This document shows, piece after piece, positions 15,962 through 24,766 of a stretch of DNA of 26,717 bases. The stretch is from the IMG/VR virus record IMGVR_UViG_3300017774_005035, positions 1 to 26,717 of that record; one strand, written 5' to 3'. Below the pieces are notes generated by a model. It saw only the letters and a program-made list of their open reading frames with translations, had not been told where the DNA came from and did no database searches. The DNA is from a virus (lineage: Duplodnaviria; Caudoviricetes). Each line of letters opens with the position of its first letter. The first letter of the stretch is position 1. Made by a program: the position numbers and the translations under genes.

Positions 15962-17494
15962 ATGAGTAAATTTCTCAACGGGTTGCAGGTGTATGAGCCT
16001 AAAACCTTTAAAGGCGCTTACGCCCAAGAAGACACACTCAACTCCATGATGATGCTAGATCCAAAGGGTATTAACTACACTTTGAATAAAGTATATGCAA
16101 ATAACCCTGCAATGGAGTTGATTAATTTTGTAGAAAGCTTTCCTACCATGACAGTAAATGGTGAGAATGACATGTTTTACTATAAAGTAAAGGGAAAAGA
16201 TTCCAATACTTTAGTATTAACTGATGTTGAAACTGAAGCAGGTGCAAGCTTACAAGCTGGTACTTTGACAGTTCCAATTAGTTCACAGGAATATTTTTAT
16301 GTAAGATTTGAAAAGCCATTAGCTTCACAAACTCAAATCCTTCGTAATCCTTCAACTAATTACCAATTCCATGTAATTAGTGAGCAAAAAGATGCTACTG
16401 GTACTAAATACCAAGTAGTTGCTAATACAGAGCCAGGTCAGAGTTTTAATATCCCACTTGATGAACTTCAATTAAAAGGTCGTTGGGTAGTTATTGGCGG
16501 TACTGCTGCTGATCACTGGTCTGATAAAGGTATGGAGCTTGGTCACTTTGCTACCAACTATGAAATGGCTTTCCGTATTTCTAAAATGCGAATGCAATAT
16601 GCAGTTTCTGGTGCAATGATTGAACAAGGTAAAAATTATCCTTTGCGTGTACCTTTTGCACTTACTAACTTGAAAACTGGTAAACCAGAAGAAGTTCAAG
16701 CTTATGTAAACGCACTTGAAATAGCTGCAATGATGGAGTTTAAATACATCAAAGCTAAATCTGAATTGTTCTCTAAGAAAAACTGGGATGTAAATAACAG
16801 AGTATCTTTCTTAGATGCAAATGGTCAAAAATGCCCTACACCTTATGGTTTGTTTGAGCAAGTAGTTAACTATAACAAATTGAAGTACAATACTTTTGAT
16901 TTGGATTACTTGACAGACGTAATTTTGACTAGAATGATTAATAAGCGTTCTAGAAACAACAGAAAAGTAAAATTGGTAACTAGTGAATTTGGTGCTATCC
17001 AATTCCACAAAGCAGTAGATGCTAAAGTAGGTACTTCTAATGTAACAATTATGAATGACCTTTATTTGAAGTCAGCTTCAGCCTCTAATACAGGTGCAAG
17101 TAATCCTACTGGTTTTGGTTATCAGCATACTACATATAGATCTGTAAATGGTATTGATTTTGAAGTAGTTATCGCAGATTGGTTGAGCGACCGTGAGTTG
17201 TTCCCACAACCTCACCCTAATGGTGGTCTTGGTAATGCAGAAGGTTATACTTACTACATTATGTCTGGTGATATGGGTTCTGAATCAGGTATCTATAAAC
17301 TTCGCCCAAATACTACTTCATTGCCTTCTATGGGTTATATTGCTGGTATGAGAGACCCATTCTCCGCAGGTGGTAAGGACAAAGCAAAAGTAATGTCTTC
17401 TCCTATTGATGGATACGAAGTGCATTACATGGATGTAGCTGGTCTTGCAATGCTTGACCCAGATGCACTTATTGAATTGAAATTAGCTGTATAA
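15962..17494 (+). CDS. Major capsid protein (crAss-type, HK97-like fold expected)
   Basis: 510 aa, position after scaffold, highly expressed codon style (CGT, TTC, AAC), GLFEQ, TSEFGAIQFH, GMRDPFS and DGYEVH motifs, strong downstream hairpin. Confidence 0.85.
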   Translation: MSKFLNGLQVYEPKTFKGAYAQEDTLNSMMMLDPKGINYTLNKVYANNPAMELINFVESFPTMTVNGENDMFYYKVKGKDSNTLVLTDVETEAGASLQAGTLTVPISSQEYFYVRFEKPLASQTQILRNPSTNYQFHVISEQKDATGTKYQVVANTEPGQSFNIPLDELQLKGRWVVIGGTAADHWSDKGMELGHFATNYEMAFRISKMRMQYAVSGAMIEQGKNYPLRVPFALTNLKTGKPEEVQAYVNALEIAAMMEFKYIKAKSELFSKKNWDVNNRVSFLDANGQKCPTPYGLFEQVVNYNKLKYNTFDLDYLTDVILTRMINKRSRNNRKVKLVTSEFGAIQFHKAVDAKVGTSNVTIMNDLYLKSASASNTGASNPTGFGYQHTTYRSVNGIDFEVVIADWLSDRELFPQPHPNGGLGNAEGYTYYIMSGDMGSESGIYKLRPNTTSLPSMGYIAGMRDPFSAGGKDKAKVMSSPIDGYEVHYMDVAGLAMLDPDALIELKLAV

Positions 17495-17505
17495 GCTTAA
17501 AATAT

Positions 17506-17549
17506 GTAAAGAGGAGTGGAAATATTAATTTATTTCCCTCCTTATTTAC
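17506..17549 (+). terminator. Hairpin / partial terminator after MCP
   Basis: GTAAAGAGGAG-T-GGAAATA-TTAATT-TATTTCC-CTCCTTATTTAC. Confidence 0.65.
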
Positions 17550-17582
17550 TGATAAAATAACCAACAAACAAATAGAATTATT

Positions 17583-18482
17583 ATGATGAATCATCCTTAT
17601 TTAGAAGATAAAATTATCAAAGTAAAACCTGCTCCAAGCAAGGGTCACTGGGGTAAATTTGTAAGTCCTGACCAAGCTGGTAGTTTGGCTACAGCAGCCC
17701 CTTTTCATCCAGGAACTGTTAGAACTTACGTAGTACCTCCAAGAGCAGTTTATTCTTTTGTAGACGATGTTACTCCAAATCCTTGTCCAGATTTTAATGG
17801 AAAAGAAATGACAGAAAAAGCATACTTTGAAGCTAAACTTGGAATCAATCTTAATCCATACGATCATAACAATTGTATGATTAAAGAGTATAATACAAAT
17901 ACTGGTAAGTTAGAAGTAACTTACGTTCAAGTAGAAGATGAACTTATTTTGGATTTAAAAAATCCAATTGATAAAATCAAGTACAAAGTACTTTGTCAAT
18001 ATCCTTCTGAAATAGCTAGATCTAAAGCTGTTTATGATCAAGAAAGAAGACTTGGACTTTTGTATGTTATGGTTGATGATAGCCCTGTAGATGAGGCTAA
18101 AATTGAAGCAGTAGATTTAAAAACTAAGGCTTACATGAGATTCTCAGAAATTACTCAAGATAAAGAGTCTATTTTGAAGTTTTTAAATGTAGCTGGTAAA
18201 GTTTATGATCATAAAACTGATTTAGGTATTCTAAAAATTAAAGTAGTAGAGTACTTAGAATCTGATCCTGCTAAATTTATAGAACTTGCAAATGATAAAG
18301 ATGCAGATCTTAAATGGGTAATTAACCTAGCAAGAAAGAAAAATATATTAGATTACGATAGTACTTCTAAGTTGTATAAAACTAAGAATGGTGCTGCATT
18401 AAAATATGATGAATTGGTTGGATATTTTAAAAATATTAAAAACCAAAAAGAAAGACAAGAATTAATTGACTCTGTTGCCTAA
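17583..18482 (+). CDS. Conserved crAss head-module protein following MCP
   Basis: 299 aa; LDLKNPIDKIKYKVL motif and synteny (MCP+1). Confidence 0.65.
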   Translation: MMNHPYLEDKIIKVKPAPSKGHWGKFVSPDQAGSLATAAPFHPGTVRTYVVPPRAVYSFVDDVTPNPCPDFNGKEMTEKAYFEAKLGINLNPYDHNNCMIKEYNTNTGKLEVTYVQVEDELILDLKNPIDKIKYKVLCQYPSEIARSKAVYDQERRLGLLYVMVDDSPVDEAKIEAVDLKTKAYMRFSEITQDKESILKFLNVAGKVYDHKTDLGILKIKVVEYLESDPAKFIELANDKDADLKWVINLARKKNILDYDSTSKLYKTKNGAALKYDELVGYFKNIKNQKERQELIDSVA

Positions 18483-19189
18483 TGACTGCTAACGAAATGG
18501 CTGATAAAACTGAGCTTCTTTTAAATTTAAAAGATGCAGAATTTGCTTATGAAGATATAGAATTATCATCTGTATTAAATAAAGCACAAGTCATGTACGT
18601 TAATCAGTTTATAGACAATAGACTAAATTATAAACAAGAAGGTTTTGAAGAAACTGAAATAAGGGGATGGGGATTAGCACCACTAATACAACCATCCACT
18701 TTATCTCAGTCTGGTTCTCAAGCTAATATTTTTCCAAACGGTAAGTATTATGATCTTCCTGCTGATTTTTGGGTAATGATTACTGAAACTCCTACTTCAG
18801 ATAAAAATTACTGCAATTCTAATGTTAAAATAATACCTAGAGTATCTATTGTTACACATGATGAATACAATAAATTAATCAGGAATCATTATAGAAAGCC
18901 CTACATTAATCAATACGATGGTTTAGTATGGAGAATGTATGACAGTAATAGAAGGGTACAGTTAATTACTAATGGTGCTTTTAATATTACCTCTTACAAA
19001 ATCAAATACTTAAAATCAATCCCTGATATAGTAGTTAACAGATCTTCTCCTGGAAGCCAAGTTAATTGTATATTAGAAAGTACTACTAAGGAAGTACATG
19101 AGGCTATTGTAGAAATTGCTGTTAGAATTATTAGAAAGAGTAATTCAGAACCAAATATTCCTGATTTAGGAATAGAACAATTAAATTAA
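18482..19189 (+). CDS. Tail ring / head-tail connector protein (crAss-type)
   Basis: MTANEM...ELSSVLNKAQ...GFEETE.R...L..L, YKIKYLK..P, C.L....HEAIVEIAV; synteny. Confidence 0.7.
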   Translation: MTANEMADKTELLLNLKDAEFAYEDIELSSVLNKAQVMYVNQFIDNRLNYKQEGFEETEIRGWGLAPLIQPSTLSQSGSQANIFPNGKYYDLPADFWVMITETPTSDKNYCNSNVKIIPRVSIVTHDEYNKLIRNHYRKPYINQYDGLVWRMYDSNRRVQLITNGAFNITSYKIKYLKSIPDIVVNRSSPGSQVNCILESTTKEVHEAIVEIAVRIIRKSNSEPNIPDLGIEQLN

Positions 19190-19208
19190 TTATATACTTT
19201 TATTAACA

Positions 19209-20480
19209 ATGAGTTTTAACAGTTCAATGTATTCACGTAAAATGGGTTTTGCTTCTTTTGTAATACCTGCTTCAAACGTGGCTAGTTTGCCAGCTGCTGG
19301 TGCAGTGGTAACAAATATTAATTTACCTAGAGGTGCTGCTGTTTTAGTAGACAAAGCAGGTAAAAGACTTGCTGCAATGCCAACTACTGGTGTAGCTAAG
19401 TTTGCTTACTCACACGGTTCTACTAAGCCTCTTATTTTTACTCAACTTTTTGATGTAACTAAATTGGTTTTAACTAAGCAAAAATTTATTTCAGATGCTG
19501 AACAAGTAACTACACTTGGTTATCAGGGTTCTGGTAGTGCTAACTTGCCAGTAATCAATAGCTCTAACTTTGGAATTTACATTCGTCAAGAGCAAGATGA
19601 TTATGTATACGGTGGAAATGCTTCTATGGCAATTCACATGCAAGGTCAATTTAATACCTCTGCTTCTTCTTCTGCTAGAGAATTTGCTCTTAGAGCTGCT
19701 GATGCTATTTTTGAATCAGTGAATAACTGGGTATCTGAAACTAGTAATTCTAAGCCTTCTTATGCACGTATTAAAGTTATTACTGATGGTACTGTAGGTG
19801 CTGCTATTGCAGGTGGTGCTATTGTTTCCAATGGTTCTAAAACTATTGTAATGAACACAGGTGTAGGTACTATTGTTGCTGGTGACACCATCAGCATTGG
19901 TTCTACTACTGATGCTTATTCTGTGGTATCTGTAAGTGGTTTGACAATTACTCTTGGTGAAAAATTTAGAGGACCAAATGCAGCTGCTGAGACAGTTAAT
20001 GAAATTACTACTGTAGGTGGTTTGTATGGTATTCAGTTTACTGGTATTAACAATGAATTTGACCCATACTTGTTCTCTAATTATAGCAAAAACTCTTTCA
20101 GTGTAATTATCCAAAAGGAAGGTGTACCAGTTGTAATTACAAATAGTACTACACAACCTAAATTTGGTGTAGGTACTTATGAAACTGTAGTAATGGAAGA
20201 AAAAGCATTTATGGAAAATAACACAGATGCTACTTTGACTACATTTATCCCAAATAAGCCTGTAGAACTTTTAGCAGATCCTACTAAAAATTATTCTATC
20301 TTGGATATTAAATGGACAGATCAAGTAGATGCTGATACTCCACTAGGTACTTTAGGTAGAACATTTGGTAATGTTAGATTTATGCTTGAGTTGACAGGAG
20401 CTTCAGTAGCAGCTTCAACTGTTGGTGATGCTTTGGCCGAGACTGTATTAGGTACAGCTTACGCTACTGGCGATCTTTAA
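19209..20480 (+). CDS. Auxiliary (decoration) capsid protein-like structural protein
   Basis: 423 aa, A/G/S/T-rich, highly expressed codon style, follows ring protein, ends at a strong terminator; call by synteny with crAss-like phages. Confidence 0.55.
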   Translation: MSFNSSMYSRKMGFASFVIPASNVASLPAAGAVVTNINLPRGAAVLVDKAGKRLAAMPTTGVAKFAYSHGSTKPLIFTQLFDVTKLVLTKQKFISDAEQVTTLGYQGSGSANLPVINSSNFGIYIRQEQDDYVYGGNASMAIHMQGQFNTSASSSAREFALRAADAIFESVNNWVSETSNSKPSYARIKVITDGTVGAAIAGGAIVSNGSKTIVMNTGVGTIVAGDTISIGSTTDAYSVVSVSGLTITLGEKFRGPNAAAETVNEITTVGGLYGIQFTGINNEFDPYLFSNYSKNSFSVIIQKEGVPVVITNSTTQPKFGVGTYETVVMEEKAFMENNTDATLTTFIPNKPVELLADPTKNYSILDIKWTDQVDADTPLGTLGRTFGNVRFMLELTGASVAASTVGDALAETVLGTAYATGDL

Positions 20481-20485
20481 TTTAT

Positions 20486-20536
20486 AAGAGCCTTGGGGAG
20501 TGCTGTTTGTTGGTTACTCCCCTTGGTTTCTTTTTT
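20486..20536 (+). terminator. Intrinsic terminator with a large GU-rich loop
   Basis: GAGCC-TT-GGGGAGT-[GCTGTTTGTTGGTT]-ACTCCCC-TT-GGTTTC followed by TTTTTT. Confidence 0.85.
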
Positions 20537-20561
20537 ATTAAAACTTCTTTAAAACATTTCA

Positions 20562-21440
20562 ATGAGCCAACTTTACTCTTTTTATTCCCCTATAAACAAA
20601 GGATTTGCCTATACTGGTGAACTAGACGAATATGCAGTATTGCCATATACTGATGTTATTTATAACAATGATCTTATTAGACCTGCATTTGATAAGGTAA
20701 CTTCTACTTGGATTGAAACTATTACTCAGGAAGCTATTGATTCTAATAAGCCCCCTGAAATTACTATATTAGAAACTCTTTGCATTTTAAATGGTATACC
20801 TGTTCAAAAAGCTACAGAAATACAATATGATAATTTAAGTTTCTTAAAACCTAAAGAAGCTGTTTATGGATTAAAAGGTGAAAAAATTTATAAAGATTAT
20901 GTTTTTGTTGAAGAAGATTTGTCAGAGACATTAGTAGTTCGTCAATTATATAATACTGTAATTGAAGAAAAGACTCATGAAGGTATAACTGTGGATGTAA
21001 TAACTGGATTAAAAAAGACAATACAGTTTTTTAAAAGAGAAGAATCCCCAGAAGAGAAATTTATGTACACTCTTGATTTTAATGTATTTCCAATTAGTAC
21101 TAAAAATCCAGTTACTGGCGAAGACATTGTATTATACTCTTCTTCTAAGTTAGAAGAATTTTTAGAAAATAGAAGATATAAAGCAGATAATATGCTAAAA
21201 TCTTTTAACCCAAATCTTTATAATTGGCTTTATTCTGCTTACGGAGATTTGTATTTAGGTTATTTAAAAACTGGAAATTCTTTAAACTTAATAAGTGCAT
21301 TTGATAATGAAACTGATCCTACTAATTTAAGTATATTAAATAAAATAGTAGAAGAACAATTTTTAGTTATTTTATTTGGAGTAATGGATGTTTATCCAGA
21401 GATAAGTGTAAAAGATCTTATAGTAATGAATTTACAATGA
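20562..21440 (+). CDS. Hypothetical protein, 292 aa, N-terminus resembling tail-fibre assembly proteins
   Basis: YTGE...YTDV...LIRPAFDK...WIETITQE pattern; remainder unrecognised. Confidence 0.6.
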   Translation: MSQLYSFYSPINKGFAYTGELDEYAVLPYTDVIYNNDLIRPAFDKVTSTWIETITQEAIDSNKPPEITILETLCILNGIPVQKATEIQYDNLSFLKPKEAVYGLKGEKIYKDYVFVEEDLSETLVVRQLYNTVIEEKTHEGITVDVITGLKKTIQFFKREESPEEKFMYTLDFNVFPISTKNPVTGEDIVLYSSSKLEEFLENRRYKADNMLKSFNPNLYNWLYSAYGDLYLGYLKTGNSLNLISAFDNETDPTNLSILNKIVEEQFLVILFGVMDVYPEISVKDLIVMNLQ

Positions 21441-21892
21441 ACTTTTTCAATGAGTCTTTAGAAATTTTACTGTATAAAAGAAATTTACTAATACAAGTAT
21501 TAACTGACTACGAGTTTAGTGAAAATTCTATTTTAAATTTTTTAGAAGCTTTTGATTATTTTATAGTTTTTCCAGGAAAATTTGATGGGGCAACTATAGT
21601 TAGAGATAGTTACTTAATTAAAGAATTAGATTTGTGTGCAATGGTGCACGATTATATGTATGTGAAATACAATCTACCTGTTAATTTTAAACATAAAATA
21701 AAGGCAGATATATTTTATTGTAAACTACTTAGGAAATTTAATATTTCTTGGTGGTCAGTATGGGTAGTTAGATTTTTAGGATTATTAATAAGTACTCCTT
21801 TTTACGGTCTTTATAAGAAAGTAAAGTATAATCAAACTCATTCATTACAGAATTCTTTAGAATTTAATATTTATATAAACAAATTTAGTTAA
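21437..21892 (+). CDS. DUF1353-like (phospholipase A2-like HD motif) protein
   Basis: FDGATI...CAMVHDYMY...KIKADIFY...ISWW...FLG pattern. Confidence 0.6.
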   Translation: MNFFNESLEILLYKRNLLIQVLTDYEFSENSILNFLEAFDYFIVFPGKFDGATIVRDSYLIKELDLCAMVHDYMYVKYNLPVNFKHKIKADIFYCKLLRKFNISWWSVWVVRFLGLLISTPFYGLYKKVKYNQTHSLQNSLEFNIYINKFS

Positions 21893-21908
21893 TATAAAAT
21901 TTTAACTT

Positions 21909-21916
21909 TATCTTTG
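21909..21916 (+). promoter_or_regulatory. -7 promoter box TATCTTTG for the fibre/lysis genes
   Basis: TAnnTTTG match 15 nt upstream of ATG 21932. Confidence 0.6.
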
Positions 21917-21931
21917 TAAACACAAAAATAT

Positions 21932-24343
21932 ATGGGTCAATCTTCATTTTATAGTAGAAAAGTCAGCTTTCCAACAATTCCTTGGATGGAAGCAATTGAT
22001 GCAGAAAATTGGCCCAAAAATGAATTAGGTCAGATATTATACAGAGCAAGAAATAGTGACATTTCAAGAAATGTTATTTATGATAATTATTACTGGGTAG
22101 ATGCTAATAAAAATCACTTACCCTTTTTTACAAATGAAATACAGATAGGCCAAAATCCACCTATTGAAGATGCAGGACCTTTAGGTCCATTTGTCTATTT
22201 AGATTCAATTACAGGCGCAATTTATTCATGGGAAATTACTACTAATTCATGGGTAATTGTTACTGGAGGAAGTTTGAATATATATAATTCAAATGGGACT
22301 CTTACTGGTAATAGAAATGTAAATGGAGGAGGATTTAATTTAAGTTTTGATAACTTAACTAAAATTTCATTTGATGGAGTAGTAAAAATAAACGATTTAC
22401 CATTAACTAATAACTCTAATATATCTTTACTTACTAGAAATGATATTACTGGAGAAATAGAAATTAAAGAGTTAAGTTCGTTACCTACTTCTAATGATAT
22501 AGAATTTCAAAATCAAGGACTTCTTTTTGGAAATTTATCTGACTTTCAATATTTAAATGTTGAGGGAGATTTAGTTCAATTTACTGATCAAGGTTCAGGA
22601 GTAGCAAGAATAAAAGTTAATGCTCAAAATATTACAGGAACTTCTTCTAGTACTAGTTATCTTTTAAATATTGATTATGGGACTAGTGCAGTTATACCTT
22701 TAGCTACTACTGTTATATCAGGTCTAATGTCACCTGGTGATAAAATTAAATTTAATTTCATAACAGTAACTCAAAATGTTGATTTAGATTTTATAGAAGC
22801 AGCATTAGTAAATTTAAATATACTTACTGGAATTTCTGCTGTTCAATTTGATTTAGGGACTTTTACAGGAACTACTATTTCTGATAATGTTAGTATAAAA
22901 ACAGCTTTACAACAACTAGAAACTGCTGTAGAAAACAGACAAGTTAAATTACAATGGCAAGATGAGGGAGTAAATCAAGGTACTCTTGGAGGAATAAGTA
23001 CTATAAATATTACTGGATCAGGGGCTACTGCTACTGCTTTAGGTAGTGTTTTAACAATAGATATTACTGGAGGGGGTGGTGGAAGCCACCAAAGTCTTAT
23101 TCAATGGCAAGATGAAGGTGTAAACTTAGGAGCTACTGGTACAGTAACTTCAGTAGATTTTGAAGGAAATTTAATTAAAGCTACAAGGACACTTAATAAA
23201 ATTACAGTAAGAACTCCTAATTTAGGAGAATATTTTGTATTACCTTCTTTAGACCCCTCTAACACATTATCTTTAAAAGTAGGAGCACTAGTAACTAATA
23301 TAGCAGAAGCTACTGCATCAGGAAGAATAGTTGATGTAAGTTTATCAGGATTTAATGATGCTTGGAATCCTGCTACAGGATTAGGTAAGTCTTCTTTAAT
23401 TTTATTTAAAGCAACTGCTCCTGCAATATGGACTTCTCTTTTAGGTGGAGAAGAGGGTAAATGGGTTAGAATATTAAATATTTCAAATACTTTATTACTG
23501 TTAGAAAACAACAGTACTTCTGGTACAGCTAGTGCAGGATTTATAAATGGTAACGGTAAAGCTGTACCTATATTAACAAACCAAAGTATTGACTTAGTTT
23601 ACACTAACAGTAAATGGTATATGGTAAATTTACCAACTTATGATTCATTTGATGATTTTATAGGAATACCTACTGGTATTGGATCTGGTACTTGGTTAAC
23701 AGCAAATCATGCATTAGTTAGCGCTGTAGGAGGAAACTGGGCAGTCGGTCTTAATGGGAATAGACATGGTATTGCAACAGCAGAAGCAACAGCTAATAGA
23801 GCTTCTATTGGTGAATCTACTTCTAATAAACTTGTTCCAAATGCTGTAGGTTTATTTTACTTTGATAGATTTAATATAGCTACTACAGCTAATATTAATC
23901 AAAGGTATTCTAGAGGAATAAACAGGGCATCAGCTGTAAATACTAACTGGACAGCAGCAGCTGGAGCATCTGCTATAGAAGGAGGCAGTTTAGTTTATTT
24001 CCCAGATTCTGGATTAGTTAATGCTACAACTAATTGGTTTTATTATGTAGGAACAGGTGTATTGGCAGATTATACAGCTAATGCTGTAGATTCTGGAATA
24101 ACAGTAGCATCTACTGTTGCTAATCCTCAAAATTTAATAGTATACTATAACGGAACTAATTTTGATTTTACTTTTATAACAAGTGACAATAATAGAGATT
24201 ATACAATAAGAACAACTATAAACAGAGGAGTTCCTTCAGGAACTAATACTGCCTCACTTATACATAATAGGGTAAGTGGTTCAGGAGGTATACCTGGTTT
24301 GGATTGGTTATATATTCACACTCCTACTAAAATTAATAGATAA
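21932..24343 (+). CDS. Tail fibre / receptor-binding protein
   Basis: 803 aa, G/T/N/S-rich; fibre-type motifs IPLATT..SGLMS..DK, LGTFTGTTISDN..IK.ALQ.LETAVE and repeated QWQDEGVN.G..G modules. Confidence 0.75.
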   Translation: MGQSSFYSRKVSFPTIPWMEAIDAENWPKNELGQILYRARNSDISRNVIYDNYYWVDANKNHLPFFTNEIQIGQNPPIEDAGPLGPFVYLDSITGAIYSWEITTNSWVIVTGGSLNIYNSNGTLTGNRNVNGGGFNLSFDNLTKISFDGVVKINDLPLTNNSNISLLTRNDITGEIEIKELSSLPTSNDIEFQNQGLLFGNLSDFQYLNVEGDLVQFTDQGSGVARIKVNAQNITGTSSSTSYLLNIDYGTSAVIPLATTVISGLMSPGDKIKFNFITVTQNVDLDFIEAALVNLNILTGISAVQFDLGTFTGTTISDNVSIKTALQQLETAVENRQVKLQWQDEGVNQGTLGGISTINITGSGATATALGSVLTIDITGGGGGSHQSLIQWQDEGVNLGATGTVTSVDFEGNLIKATRTLNKITVRTPNLGEYFVLPSLDPSNTLSLKVGALVTNIAEATASGRIVDVSLSGFNDAWNPATGLGKSSLILFKATAPAIWTSLLGGEEGKWVRILNISNTLLLLENNSTSGTASAGFINGNGKAVPILTNQSIDLVYTNSKWYMVNLPTYDSFDDFIGIPTGIGSGTWLTANHALVSAVGGNWAVGLNGNRHGIATAEATANRASIGESTSNKLVPNAVGLFYFDRFNIATTANINQRYSRGINRASAVNTNWTAAAGASAIEGGSLVYFPDSGLVNATTNWFYYVGTGVLADYTANAVDSGITVASTVANPQNLIVYYNGTNFDFTFITSDNNRDYTIRTTINRGVPSGTNTASLIHNRVSGSGGIPGLDWLYIHTPTKINR

Positions 24344-24354
24344 TACATAATAAC

Positions 24355-24576
24355 ATGGCAGTAGATAAAGTAGGAACAGGAATTGCAGATGCAGGATATT
24401 TTCTTTACATAGGTTTAGTAGACTTTGACACTATGATAAAAATAAGTTCTGCAATAATATTAGGTACTCTTATGGTAATTGTAAAAATACAAGAGTACAG
24501 ATTAAAAAAACGGGAAATAAAATTAAAAGATTTAGAAATTAAAAAACATGAAAAAGAAAGTTTTAAAGCCACTTAA
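24355..24576 (+). CDS. Holin-like membrane protein, 73 aa
   Basis: Hydrophobic segments followed by a highly charged tail; upstream of the lysin candidate. Confidence 0.55.
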   Translation: MAVDKVGTGIADAGYFLYIGLVDFDTMIKISSAIILGTLMVIVKIQEYRLKKREIKLKDLEIKKHEKESFKAT

Positions 24577-24766
24577 CCAACTTTTTTCTCCAGGTACTAC
24601 TAGAATAGGAAAACAATTTAGTTTTGCTTTTATAACTATAGGTACTACTTTGACTACTGTAGCAGCAGTTACAGAAAGCAGTAAATTACTAACTATAATT
24701 AGTGCAGTTTTAACAGTAGTAGGAAGTTTACTTGGTAATTTAATGAAAAGAGATAACGAATTATGA
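24548..24766 (+). CDS. Holin/antiholin-like membrane protein, 72 aa, two TM segments
   Basis: Basic N-terminus, FSFAFITIGTTLTTVAAV and LLTIISAVLTVVGSLLG; ATGA overlap with the lysin candidate. Confidence 0.55.
   Translation: MKKKVLKPLNQLFSPGTTRIGKQFSFAFITIGTTLTTVAAVTESSKLLTIISAVLTVVGSLLGNLMKRDNEL

Noticed and set aside
10105-17494. Introns, inteins or stop-codon recoding in TerL, portal or MCP
   Set aside because: All are continuous in code 11 with expected sizes and no intein or homing-endonuclease motifs seen
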